Origin: Cycas panzhihuaensis
Taxonomy: Eukaryota; Plantae; Cycadophyta
Length of the DNA: 64,000 nt
Assembly: GCA_023213395.1 (NCBI GenBank)
Contig: CM041465.1
Location: 204,111,741 to 204,175,740, forward strand
Direction: 5' to 3'
Below, piece after piece: positions 25,364 through 38,000 of the stretch. The notes beneath the pieces are model-generated. The model searched no databases. It saw only the letters and a program-made list of their open reading frames with translations, and was not told the DNA's origin. The position numbers and the translations under genes are program-made. How positions within the stretch are numbered: the stretch's first letter is position 1; each line of letters begins with the position of its first letter.

Positions 25364-26025
25364 TTTTCCTTTTATTGCAACCACCAAAAAAAATTCTTTT
25401 TCTTTCACCTCCAATTTGGGCTTCATGTCCTCTAGACTACACTCATGAATTTGACAAGTGTTTTCACAAATTCCAAAGATACCTGGCTCAAATTCGACAT
25501 CAAACTCTACTATACATACCCATACCTAGCTCGCAAATCGAGGCCTTACTTTTGGGAAACTTAATTACAAGACTCATTAAAACTATTGGTCCTTGCAGTC
25601 AATAGTCCTTATTTTGAGCCCAGATCTCAAAATCATTGACCTTTCTTTCCATTGAGTTATGATACAAAAGTTGACTACTTGGCCCAATAAGTAATATCAA
25701 CCTTCACCTCTTTGTAAGTTTCTCTCATGAAAGCAGTCTGTCACTTGCCTTTAAAACTGGCCCAAGCGTCACTAAAGACTCCAAGTTGAACACAAGAGAC
25801 CTTTGGTTTACTTGACAACCATCCATTCCCCATCCTTCTCCATAAACACTTGCATCCCATCCTTGTGCTCACAAAGTCATGATTAAAGGACTATCATAAT
25901 GAACATCCACTACCCCTAGGTCAATTAGGAGAAAAACATTCAATCCACGCCATCAAAATAAAGAACCCGATTAAGGGCATTCACAAAATAACTAATGAAC
26001 TTTATACCTCATTGTTACCTAAAGC

Positions 26026-26375
26026 ACCATCTTAGCATCGAAGCTAGGTTGTGTGTTGATCTCGTCACCACCTACCACTATGTAGTTCATATATGGATCG
26101 TGTGCATTATTTAGAGACTTTGGATCCTACTTGTAGTACATTGTGGCCCTTGTTCAATCAAATCCTATCTAACCATCTAAAAACAAAAATAGGAGGATTA
26201 ACGAGTTGTTAAGCATACACGCTATCTTCACACTTGAGGCAGGTTGTGAGTCAATCTCGTCTCCATCTACCAACATGTAGTTCAGGTTTTGAGTGGATGT
26301 GTCGTTCAATGATTTTAGGCTCAACTTAGGCAAGTGTATCATGGCCTGTGCCTATGTTGAATCCTGATCTGACCC
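26026..26375 (+). repeat. degenerate ~195-bp direct duplication in the 3' UTR
   Basis: aggttgtg.gt..atctcgtc.cca.ctacca..atgtagttca at ~26046 and ~26241. Confidence 0.7.
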
Positions 26376-26824
26376 CTACACATGGAGTTTAACAAATTAT
26401 TTGTGAATGACCTCCTCAAACTTGGGGCCAAGCAACCACCAACCATCTTCCCAATTGTTTCTCAAATTCCCCTTACCCATCTAACAACCCCACCTCATAG
26501 TCTTTTGAGGTGCATTGCAGTACCACATAGCATCAACCATCAACCAATATTGAGAGAACCCCAAGCCTTTTTGCAGTAGCTCAAACTATAAAGCCTCCCC
26601 CAGGTCACATTTTAGTAAGTACAAATTGTCCCTCCTTGCTGTAGCCACATCCCTACTTGCCCACTTTGTATATGATTAGATCCATCATGTCCCAATTCCC
26701 AACCCTCAAAAGTAGACCTTCTAGTAAAAAAAGACCTTTTCATAGTTAGTTGAGCAAGATGTGTTGTTAGCATTCACCATCTTGAGACACTTGTTCGAAG
26801 AGCTTCCATTACCAAGGGGCCAAA

Positions 26825-28700
26825 TGTTACTAGTTTCGACCCACCCCAACGTGTTCAAGTACAATTGTTTGCTTTCTCATATTGTGGGCTAATAATTTTT
26901 GTGATATGGTTTTGTATGCTAATGTATGCTCCCCTTCCCCTTCTTATCTGTCGATGATGTAATTGAAAGACACCCAATGATTGAAAGCAACAACTTCTTC
27001 CAACCACACTCTACTCAAATTCCTCTTTGATCCCAAGATGTATACCTCTCGTGCAAAGTTTCTGCATGGTTGGGACCACCTCTAAGTGGATTAATTACCC
27101 CTTTATTGTCTTATGTCATCTTTTCTAAATTTTTTTAACCAACACCACGTTCTTTACTTGAAACCACAACATTTTGTTCTTGTACACTGCGAGAAGTCAT
27201 TTTTTCACAGTGTCACACCGCAACAAATCATTTTGTCGTGATGTTAGACCATAAACCGCTTTATAAACTATAGACTTTCTTTGCAATGTTGCATCATTTG
27301 TCACAATGCCACTTTATAACATTGCAGTCTAGTGTCCTGCACATCATACTATAGTGTTGAACTACAATATTCTTCACAAACCACAATTTTTCATCGTAAT
27401 GCCATGGTATTATCTATCAAAATTGTGACATTTTCTACCATAGACCACTTTAAATGCAATTGGCAAGAATGTCACAATGTTGCTTTCATCGTGGTGCCAC
27501 TCTAATTTGTCATAGCATCCCTTACAAAACTACGACAAATTGATTTTCACGTGAAAAATTAGATTTCTTGAGGATTTTTTGCAATTCTGAGAATCCCAAG
27601 GTGGTTTTGGGGTCCAAAAGTCCAAAACAATGGGCAAAAACTATTGGCACCCATAGTTTTGCAAAACCATGGGCCAAAATTTACCTATCAGTAGGTTTAG
27701 TTTGATAAAAGTTGAGTTAGTAGTTTTTAGAGCCTCGAGAACACATTGGAGAGCACTTGGAGTCCACTTGCCACCTAATTTGCATAGGATTGCTTGGAGA
27801 GATTATGTAGAAGGTGATTGGAAGGAGATTCTAACCATCAGGGAGCTTTTAGAATCACTTTTCCTTAGCTTATCACCTAATTTCTAATAGGTTGTTACAC
27901 TTTGCTCTTTCACACAGGAATAGCATGGTCTCCTTCTAGTATTCTTTCCATTTGCATTCTCCCATTCATCCTAATCAAGCATTAGAGGACATTGGACTTG
28001 TTTTACAAGCGTGTGACCGAGGCATCACATAACAAATAGGTTTGGTTCTATTTTCATGCTTTATGACCATCTCTTTGGCTTGATTTTCATTACTATTCCT
28101 TCAATATCAACTAGTCTTCTTGTTGGTAAATATTTGATAGAATATTGCTCACATTTTTATGGACATCATGATATGTATAGGCACTATGCTACCAAAATTT
28201 TCATGATTTCTTAGTTTATTGATTGATTTCTAAATTGGGAAATTGCATAATTGATTAGTTTTCTTTCTTCTCCCAACAATGAGGTTTTTGCTAATCCCTC
28301 TATTGGAAAGCACATTATTCCTACTATTGCCTCATTAACTTGTCTTGACAGGAGAAAAAAACATATGTGCTAGAGAAGAGAAGGAGAATTTTGACATAAG
28401 AAGACTCAAGCAGAGTGGTTTCGTGTAAGTAAAATTTCAAAACCTTCCCCTGCTTGCTTGTCTCTTTTCAGTTGCTTGCTTAAGTGCATTTTCATCATCA
28501 TTTTATCTATGCAAATATTCTCTTTCAGTTTAGAGAGCATGACACCCCTGCCTCCATATGATGCAACTTGTTCAAGTTGTCGTTCATGAGTCACGATAGG
28601 CCCATTCTTTTGCTTCTCTTTGAGAAGAGGTTTCAAATTTTTGCCTTACTTCTTTAATTTCATCTTGCTTGCCTATTTGCATGCGTTATTTAATTTTATT

Positions 28701-28740
<40 letters not shown>

Positions 28741-29583
28741 ATTCATCTTTTTAGGAAAAGAGTAGGTTAATTGTAATTGCATGAAAAGTCCCATGTATCT
28801 TTGATTAGTGCATAGATAGCTTTGTTGTTGTTCTTATCTATATTGTTTGTTTTTATTTCAATTGCTTGTTTATTTCTTTTTGTTTATCGTTTACACTTTG
28901 CATTCCTAGTTCACACTTGCTCTCTAGGAGGGGCTAGTTGCACCTAGGGACGTTGCATCCCTAAAGGCATACATTGGTCTTGGCCCTTTGATGTTAGGAT
29001 TTCCTTCATATCTCCTTCAAGGCCATGATCCTTGGGAGGAACAAGCTACTCTCTAAAAAGCAATCATGATTTGGAGAGTAGACATGCACTACCTTACACC
29101 CTAAGAGCCAATGGCCATTGCTTCTTCCCCAAGGCTTTTGTCAAGGGAATTGAATGCGAGCAATCTGAGGGGGCGAAAACTCCTTCAGTTATCATTCCCC
29201 AACAACTTACCTCTAGACTAGGCCAATCCCATACTACTGCTCTCTTCACATTCACTTCCAGCCAATCCCCTCGTCCAAATCTAGAGCTAGGATATTCAAG
29301 ATAGAGACTACATTGTTTGTTGTTTGATTTCTCCTTTTTACTTTCTATCTCACACAACTTTGCTTTTCATTCTTGTATTAGGTAGGCCTTTGGATGTAGT
29401 GCCCCTATTTGCTCTCACAAATTATTACCCCACTTACTCGACCCATCAACCTGGGTTGACAGCAAGTGGGATATTTCTATCTGGGGAATCAAGTCAAGGC
29501 ACAACCACTCCTAGTATCCGCATGCACTACATGCTCCCCTCTAAGAGCTTGCCCAAGGTTCTAGACCCAAGGGCCCCATAACA
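26825..29583 (+). repeat. 3' LTR of the Tat-like element (~2.76 kb)
   Basis: TGTTA...TAACA termini; homologous to 11452-13866. Confidence 0.9.
28704..28738. repeat. (AG)17 microsatellite present only in the 3' LTR
   Basis: Read directly; absent at the aligned site near 13065. Confidence 0.95.
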
Positions 29584-32270
29584 GAAAGAACAACTTCATT
29601 TGACTTATGATAAGGAAATGCTAGTTATAATACATGTCGTACACAAATGGCAATAGTACCCCTTAAGGAGCAAATTTGAAGTTAAAACAAGTTATAATAG
29701 TCTCCAATACATTTTAAAATAAAAAGAGTTGTCCCCCAAACAATAGAAATGGATTAGCAAAATATAGGCTTATGACTTCGTCATTCCCTACAAGAAGGCC
29801 AAATTAAATGTCATTATTGATGCACCTTCTCAAAGGGAAAAAGAAGATGAAGGCCCACAACTATATACGATAACCATGCTTAGCCCTAGTTGGTAACTAA
29901 TCTCCAAGTTGAATATGCAAAAAGTGCCAAAATCCAAGAATTAATTACATAAATACAACAAAGCTTGCATAATAACTTCGAATGGAAAAATGATCATGTT
30001 TGGTACAAGGCAAGAATCTTCCTAGAGTTGGATTCTAAGCTTCAAACAAATGTGTCACTCAATACCAATGGCAAGGCACATTAGATTTTTCAAAAGATGC
30101 CTCGCATGTAAACAATTGTTCTTCTAGAAAGGCATCAAAAAGAACATCTAAAATTTTGTGGAAGAATGCCCACTCTGCCAACTAAATAAGTATGAAAGCG
30201 TTGCCCCATCAGACCTATTACAGCCACTATCCATCCCACAACTAAAATGGGGAACTATCAGTGTGGACTTTGTGATTGGACTACACAATTTTCGTGGTAA
30301 TTGATAGGTGGATCAAGTTTGCACACTTCATGGCCATCTAGTCAACTTCTTAGGCTCTCCAACTTGTGAAAGTATTCACGAAGGAAATACATCGGCTACA
30401 CAATCTACCACACACAATCATTTGTGACCAAGATCCCAAATGTATTGAGTCACTTTGGCAAAAGCTATTTAAATAGGTTGTGACCACAATAGCCATGAGT
30501 TCTAGTTATCACCTGCAAACAAACAAACAAAAAAAAGTAGTTAACAAATGCTTAGAAGATTATTTAAAGAATTGTGTCACCAACAAGCAAGGCACCTAGG
30601 TCAAATGGTTGTATCTTGCAGAAGCATGGTACAACTCCACATACCACTCAAACATCCAAATATCCCCACTCAAGGCCCTCTACGGCTATGACCCAACATC
30701 TCCCAAAATATAGGTATTCAAGGAGAGTTAGAAGGTAGCAATAGCAAATTATTTACAAGACACCCAAGATACCTTGCAATCCTAAAAGAGCACTTAATAA
30801 TAACACAAAACATAATGAAACAAGCGGTAGATAAGCATTGTACAAAGAGAAAATTTGATGCAGGGGATTGAATATACATCCATCTACAACCCTATAAGCA
30901 GATCTCCCTCAAAACAACTCGAAGGGAAAAACTTAACCCTAAGTTCTATAGGCCTTATTAGGTCCAAAATAGGATCAACCAAGTAGCATATGCATTGAAA
31001 CTTCCAAACTCCACCAAAATACACAACATCTTCCATGTTTCACACTTGAAGAAGAATTTAGGAGAACACATATCAATTCAAATCAAAATTCTAACGTTGG
31101 ATGAGGAGGGAAATTAGTCCCCATCCCTAAGTTTATCATCCAAACATGAGAAAAAGCATTGATGGGAAGGACCATAAAGAAATATTTAATCAAGTGGCAT
31201 CAACTACTAGTTGAAGACACCACTTGGGAATCACCAACCATACTACAAAGATATTCAACATTATAAATAATTACTTTGAGGACAAATTATCATAAGGAGG
31301 GTTGAATTGTAATGCACCTCCAATAGTCATTCAAGTCAACTCTGTTGAACTAATTGATGTGTTCGTATAAAAACAAAAATTGGATGAAGACATTCATCTT
31401 ATAATGACTTATTCTTGAAAGCTACCCTTTATTGAGCATTAGTATTTGTTCTCCATGCTTGTGCTCACCTGGTTACTTGAGATCACCTCAATAAACATAT
31501 ATGGTTATGAATTAAAAACTTGACTTAATAACCCATGACCCTTATTGTAAATGTTGAGAAGACAAGAAAGGCATGTGTGGATATACCATAGATGGGGGTC
31601 GCCTCGGTGCCTGTATGATTATGCATCTTGATTCTCTCTAGGGATTTGATGGTGGACCTATAAGAGAGCAAGGCATGTCCTATGTGGACAGTGATGGCTT
31701 TGATGTCTTGGATCTAATGGATTGGATCCACCACGGAGATCTAATGGATTGGATTCATGGAAGGCATCCAAGGGATGGATTATGGAACATGGCCCATAAG
31801 TGATAACCAATTATCCCAAGTAAGTGAGCTTTGTCTCTTATTCCTCATTTACATCACCTAGTTAATGCATATGGTCAATGGTTCCAATATGAACCAAAGA
31901 GCTCAAAGATGACTCTTTCAAGAGACAAGTCTAAGGAGGATGATTATTGTATGGAGTCAATCCTATGTGCAAAAATAAGGTTTGGGCACCATTTTTCATG
32001 TTGGCATGATAGGACATACTACCTAAAGGACCAAGGCATTGCAGAGGGCGGTGTGTTAACATGTGAAGGTGGCCACTAGGTCTAGTAATGTGTCTGTTGG
32101 GGGGCAATCTGCATGAAGATGCCTGACGATGGGTCTAATTAACAACACTTGCATATTTCTCATTCTTACAACTTCAATGTGGAACATTCTTTTCCTTGAC
32201 TGTTATTGTATGTGTGGTTTAATATGATTAGTCTAAATGCGTTGGTTAGATAGTAGTTTGTTTATTATCC
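29584..32270 (+). mobile_element. 3' part of a chromovirus (RNase H, integrase, chromodomain, PPT, partial LTR from 31308)
   Basis: Motifs TYDKEML, IFHVSHLKK and EYLIKW....EDTTWES. PPT taaggagggttgaa, then TGTAATGCACC. Right end approximate. Confidence 0.85.
31552..32147. repeat. possible solo LTR inserted in the chromovirus LTR
   Basis: TGTTG...CAACA termini and a composition shift, but no TSD (gtaaa vs cttgc). Confidence 0.35.
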
Positions 32271-35052
32271 ATATGAAAACAATCAAAGAAAAAAGGAGTT
32301 TGTAGTAGATTCATATTACATTCAAAACATAGAAAGATACCCAGCTTCTAACTTATAAATGTCTTTGAGCATGTTGCTTACCACAAGAGATGTTGCTACA
32401 ATTTCAATACAAATGATAAAAAGGCAAATTTGGCAAAAGGTCTACAAATGTGAAATCAAATCTAACATAATTTTTATCCCCTTGTGTTTCATATAAAATG
32501 CAGCCAATTACTTGTGAATATATGAAGCCAAAAAAAATAGCTAGCACTATCATGTACGATTTCAAGCTACTAAAGTTGTAATTTCATAGAAAGCTTAAAG
32601 GAAAGGCCAATCTTTAAAAAGTTAGCAACTAGAGGGCACATCTCTTTAGGACAATCTAGATAGCACCCATAGCTTGCACAATTAGTGTGGTTCAACAAAA
32701 ATTTTGAACCAATTCTTTACCCACTGCCAGGGTTAGGAAGCTATCCCTTACTCCACTTTCTTGAAACATTAAAGCCAAAGATTATGCATATTAATGGAAA
32801 ATGATCTGAGCCCAAGCATGGAGGTTCAACATCATGAATACCAAGGAAAAATTAAATATTAATAATCGATGCAATCATTGTCTGTGTCCAAGCATGCACT
32901 TATAGGCACCCCTTGACCACTTCAACAGAGCTGACTTGGAGGTGCATTATAATTCACCCTTCCTTAAGACACTTCATCCCTGAAGTAATCATTTTGTAAT
33001 AGTGGATACCTTTGTAAAATGTCTATTACTCCCCAAGTGGCATCTTCAAGTAGAAGTTGATGCCACTTGACTAAGTATTCTTTTATGGTCCTTCTCCATA
33101 GTATTTTTTAATGTGTTTGGATGATAGATTTGAGTATGAGGGTTAGCTTTTGTTCTTCATACAACATTGGTATTTTAGTTTGAGCTAGTACATGTTCTCC
33201 TAATTTCTTTTTAAAGCATGAAACATGGAAGATGTTGTGTATCCTAGAGGAAGTTGGGAGTTCCAGGACATATGCTACTTGACCAATCCATTTTTGGACC
33301 TAGCAAGGCCTATAGAACCTAGGTCTAAGCTCTTCTTTTTAGGTCGTTTTGAGGGAGGCTTTCTTGTAGGGTTACAAACAAACATATACCCAATCACTTA
33401 TCTCAACTTCTCTCTTTGTCTGATGCTTATCTGCTTGTTGTTTCATTTTGGTTTGTGCTATTGTTAAATGTTCTTTTAGTATTTTCAAGGTACCTTAGGT
33501 ATCTTATAAATAATCTCCTACTGCTGCTAGCCGATTATAATCGAGAGCCTATTCTTTGGGGGATGTTAGGCTATACCCATATAGGGACTTAAATGGAAAT
33601 AATTGGATGGCTAAGGGGTACATAGAATTATATTGTGCTTCTATGAGATGTAACTATCTAACCCATGTGCTCTACTTATTGGCGACATAATTCCTTAAGC
33701 AACCTTCTAAGCCTTTGTTTACCATTTATGTTTGCCCATTTGTTTATGGGTGATAGCTAGAGCTCATGGTTATCATAGTCCCAACTATAGCTCTTGTCAA
33801 AGGTTGCTCATAAATTTGGGGTCTCAGTCACAAATGGTTGCATGCAATAGTCCATCCAACCTATATATCTCTTCATGAATATTTCTGCAATCTGTGGAGC
33901 CTTATAAGTTGATTGGATGGCTATGAAGAGCCCATACTTTGTTAATCTATTAACTAACACAAAAATTATATCTTTACAATGTGAGACCAGTAGACTTGTC
34001 ACAAGTCCATTCTATTGTTTTCCCATTTTTGTTGTGGGATGGGTCACAATCGTAATAAGGCTGGTGGTGTTGTATTTTTGCATTTATTTGCTTGGGAGAG
34101 GGAGCATTCTGCCACTTATTTTCAAATGTCGTTCTTCATGCCTTTCCAAAAGAATGACTACTGACATGTGAGATATGTCTTGAAAAATTCGATATGCCCA
34201 ACCATTGGTATTGAGTGGCATTCCCTCATTATTTGGGTCTTAAGTTTAGAGTCTGGGTCTAGGAAGATTTTCCCCCTATACCAAATGAGATCATTTTTCC
34301 ATTCATAGTGGATAAGTGGGCCTTCTTGTAAGTCCCTAATTAATTCTTAGATTTTGATGCTTTTCGCATATTCATCCTAGAGGTTAGTTACCAAACTAGG
34401 GTTAATCAGAGTTACTGCATACAGTTTGGGATCTTCGTCTCCTCTTTCTCTTCCAGAGAGCACGTCAGCAGTGATATTTAATTTCCCTTTCTTGTAAGAA
34501 ATATCAAAGTCATAAGCTTATATTTTGCTAATTCATTTTTGTTTCGTAAGGACAACTCTTTTTGTTTTAAAAGGTTTTGGAGATTACTATGATCTATTAT
34601 GACTATGAATTTGCTCCCTAAAAGATATGGTCGCCATTTGTGCAGTGCATGCATTACTAGTAGCATTTCCTTATCATACGTTGACCATAGTTACTCTCTT
34701 CCATTGAGTTTCCTACTTTCAAAGGCTATTGGCATTCCTTCCTGCATAAATACAACTATCACACTCAAGAACAAAAGGTTTGTGAATGTTTGGGGATGTT
34801 AGTATGGGAATGGCCACATTATTTCTTTTACTTGTTGCAAACATTCCTCTACCTTTACGCTCCACTAGAAGGAGTCCTTTTGTAGGAGATCTATAAGGAT
34901 TACCGTTTGTTGTGCATAATTCTTCACAAATTGTTGATAATACCCTAAGAGCCCTAGGAATCCCCTTAGTCTAGAGACATTCTTGGGTGTGGGCCATTTG
35001 AAGATAGCTTTAATATTTACTGAGTTTACCTTGACCCTTTCTCTAAAGATTA

Positions 35053-38000
35053 TGAAGCGGCCCCATTAGAGTTTGGCCGACCTCTATGTTCTTACTGTGG
35101 CCGACTTCTAGAGGCTATTATGGGCACAACTCTTCATGTTCTGGCCGACTTCACTAAGTCCTAGTTTGAGCGGCTATAAATAGGGATCCATGGGGTTATT
35201 CCCCATTATCATTGTGAAGTATTCCTCTTCTCATTTTTGGATCTAGGGCTACTGCAGATTCGGCCTTAGGGCTACAATTCTTAGGAGGATTCCCACCTCA
35301 AAGGGATTGGTGATCAGCGCAAGTTGTTGTTAGTATTTGTTGGGGCTATTATCTATATTTTGTATATCAGTTGGCATCATATCTGGTACTCGTAATTGAT
35401 TTATACTTGGAATTATTCATCTATATTGTACTCCTATGCTCATAATCATCGATCGATGTTACATTGGTTTGTGAATTGAGCTACTGCACTTTATTTCTAG
35501 TTTTGTGGTGAAAAGAAGTGTCACAAGTGGTATCAGAGCTTTGTTCTGAAGCGGGATTTTAAGAAGATAGTTCAGCCAGGGGGAAGTAAAATTTTGACCT
35601 GCCCTCGCACCCTAAGAATTTTGAAAAGATCCAAACATAATTAAGATCCAGGAAGATCATACCGCCAAGCAAAATGCCGATATGGCTAGAAGCAGAGGAA
35701 CAAACAGTAGAGGGATCTATGACAACGATCATGCAAGAACTTATACATCATATCAAGAACCTTAACCTGAGGCTAGAAAAGCAAGAGATACCCCATCCTA
35801 AAATAGAACAAAATCAAGATTCAGATCAAGACTCAGACCAAGGGAACCAGGGAAGAAGGTTTAAAGAAGGATTCGCATTTCAACGAAAGAACGTAAAGTC
35901 ACAACGAATTCAAACAGACACGAAGATCGCACTAGAAATGTTTGATCCGAAAAAGACACGTGACATAAGAGCATGGTTACTCTAGATGGAAACATATTTC
36001 GCAATAAACCAAACACTAGAGACAAATATGGTCCCCATCGCCTCTCTACATCAATATGGATAAGCCTTAAATTGGTATTATTGGTGGAAAAAGATGCAAG
36101 GACCACAACTACAAGAATGGAGAAACTTCTGAATGGCTATCATCAATCAATATGAAGATTCAGGAGCCATGGATTATTTCGCCCAACTGACAAGGCTACA
36201 GTAGACCGGATCGGTTCGTAAATATGCAGAACAATTTCAAATGCTCCAATGCCTTATTACATCAAGCATTCCCCAAGAATGCCTTAGGGAGACCTATATA
36301 AGCGGTCTTAAGGCACCCATAAGATTTCCGCATATTAGCACAACAACACGGAGCCTTGGAAGAAATCATAAAGCATGCCAGATGTGTCAAAGTCGAACTC
36401 AAAGAAACTAGGCCAACCTATGGACGCAGAACAGAATTTACACGACCACCTAACGCAAACTGAAATAGGTTAAGAGTTAAGTCGGATGCTCCTCTTGCAA
36501 TCAAAAGCACGACGGAAAATCCTACGCAAGACGAACATATGAAGAAAGGCACCTGTTTCAAATGCCGAGGAAAGTGGAACCGAGAGCACCAATGTCTGGG
36601 GAAAAAGGTATTCATGCTAAATAATGAAGAATTAGAGATACTTGAACAAGTGGAAGAAAATGAAGTCCCAGACCAGGAAGATAACAATGAACAAATCGAA
36701 GCCAAGGTGGATGAATTACTAGAAGTAGATACAAAGAATGTTCAATTTTTTTTGCAAGCTATAACAGGACAAAGTACCGTACCTTAGACATTACGATTCG
36801 AGGGAATGCTGAAAGGAGCTCCAATAGCAGTGTTGGTGGATAGTGGGAGCACCCACAACTTTATCAACAAACCAACAACTCAAAAGCTAGGACTAAAAGC
36901 GGAGCTGCTGAAGACCTTCCAAGTATCAATTCTGAATGGAAAAACAGCGCCATGCAAAGGGTTTTGCAGGAACATCAACTTGAAAATCGGTAAGTACCCT
37001 TTGAATTCCAATATGTTTGCAATGCAAATAGGTGTAGTTGATGTAGTTCTAAGGGTACAATGGTTGCAAACATTAGGGAATATAGTCACCAACTATATGA
37101 ATAGGGTTATATGCTTCTGAATAAATGGCACAAAATACATATTACGTGGACCAAAAAATCCACCAATGCAACTAGTGTCTTCCCATAGAATGGAGAAGAT
37201 CATGCAAAAGAAAGCTCTCACATACATAGTCTCCTACCACAAAGTCGAAATCCAAGAAATACCAATGGATATCCAACACGTTTTGGATGACTATAAACAA
37301 GTATTTGAAGAGTCGAAGGGATTACCTCCATTGAGAGAAACCCAACATGTTATTGATTTAGTCTCAGGAGCCGCACCGATGAACATAAGGCCATACAGGC
37401 ACCCATATCACATGAGGAAGGAGATCAAAAACATAACAAGAGATTTCCTTTCACGGGGCCACATTCAGAGTAGTATAAGCCCTTTTGCATCCCCAGTTGT
37501 AATCAGCCCCAAGAAGGATGGAACGGTCAGGATGTGTGTGGATTACAGAGAACTGAATAAGTTAACCATAAAGAATAGATATCCTATTCCCAGGATCGAT
37601 GACTTGCTAGACGAGATCCATTGGACAAAATATTTCTCCAAGATCGACCTCCATTCAGGCTACCATCAAATTGGGATAAAAGAAGAAGATGTTCACAAGA
37701 CAGCCTTCCGAACTCATGAAGGGCTATTCGAATTCAAAGTGATGCCGTTTGGACTGACCAACACTCTAGCAACATTCCAGGCCACCATAAACTCAACATT
37801 CAAGGAATTCTTAAGGAAGTTTGTACTAATCTTTTTTGATGATATTCTAATTTACAGCCAAACCTGGAGCGAGCATTTGGCGCATCTTGGATTAGTCTTG
37901 GAAATTTTAGCAAATAAATTATTCTTTGCAAACAAGAAAAAGCGCTCTTTTGGCCAACAAGAACTAGAATACCTCGGCCACATAATTACCCCAGAAGGAA

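Larger units (their letters stand above)
11452..29583 (+). mobile_element. large Tat/Athila-like Gypsy LTR retrotransposon, old and decayed, containing a nested Copia
   Basis: LTR homology between 11452-13866 and 27038-29583. Degenerate PBS tagtgaccattctaggga after 13866, weakly tRNA-Arg-like. Fragments of gag, protease, RT, RH and INT; long 3' UTR; short purine tract before 26825. Confidence 0.9.

Noticed and set aside
29165-29188. Hammerhead ribozyme (CTGA...GAAA), also at 13501-13514
   Set aside because: The CUGANGA core is not matched, and these bases pair as a simple hairpin with no three-way junction evident.
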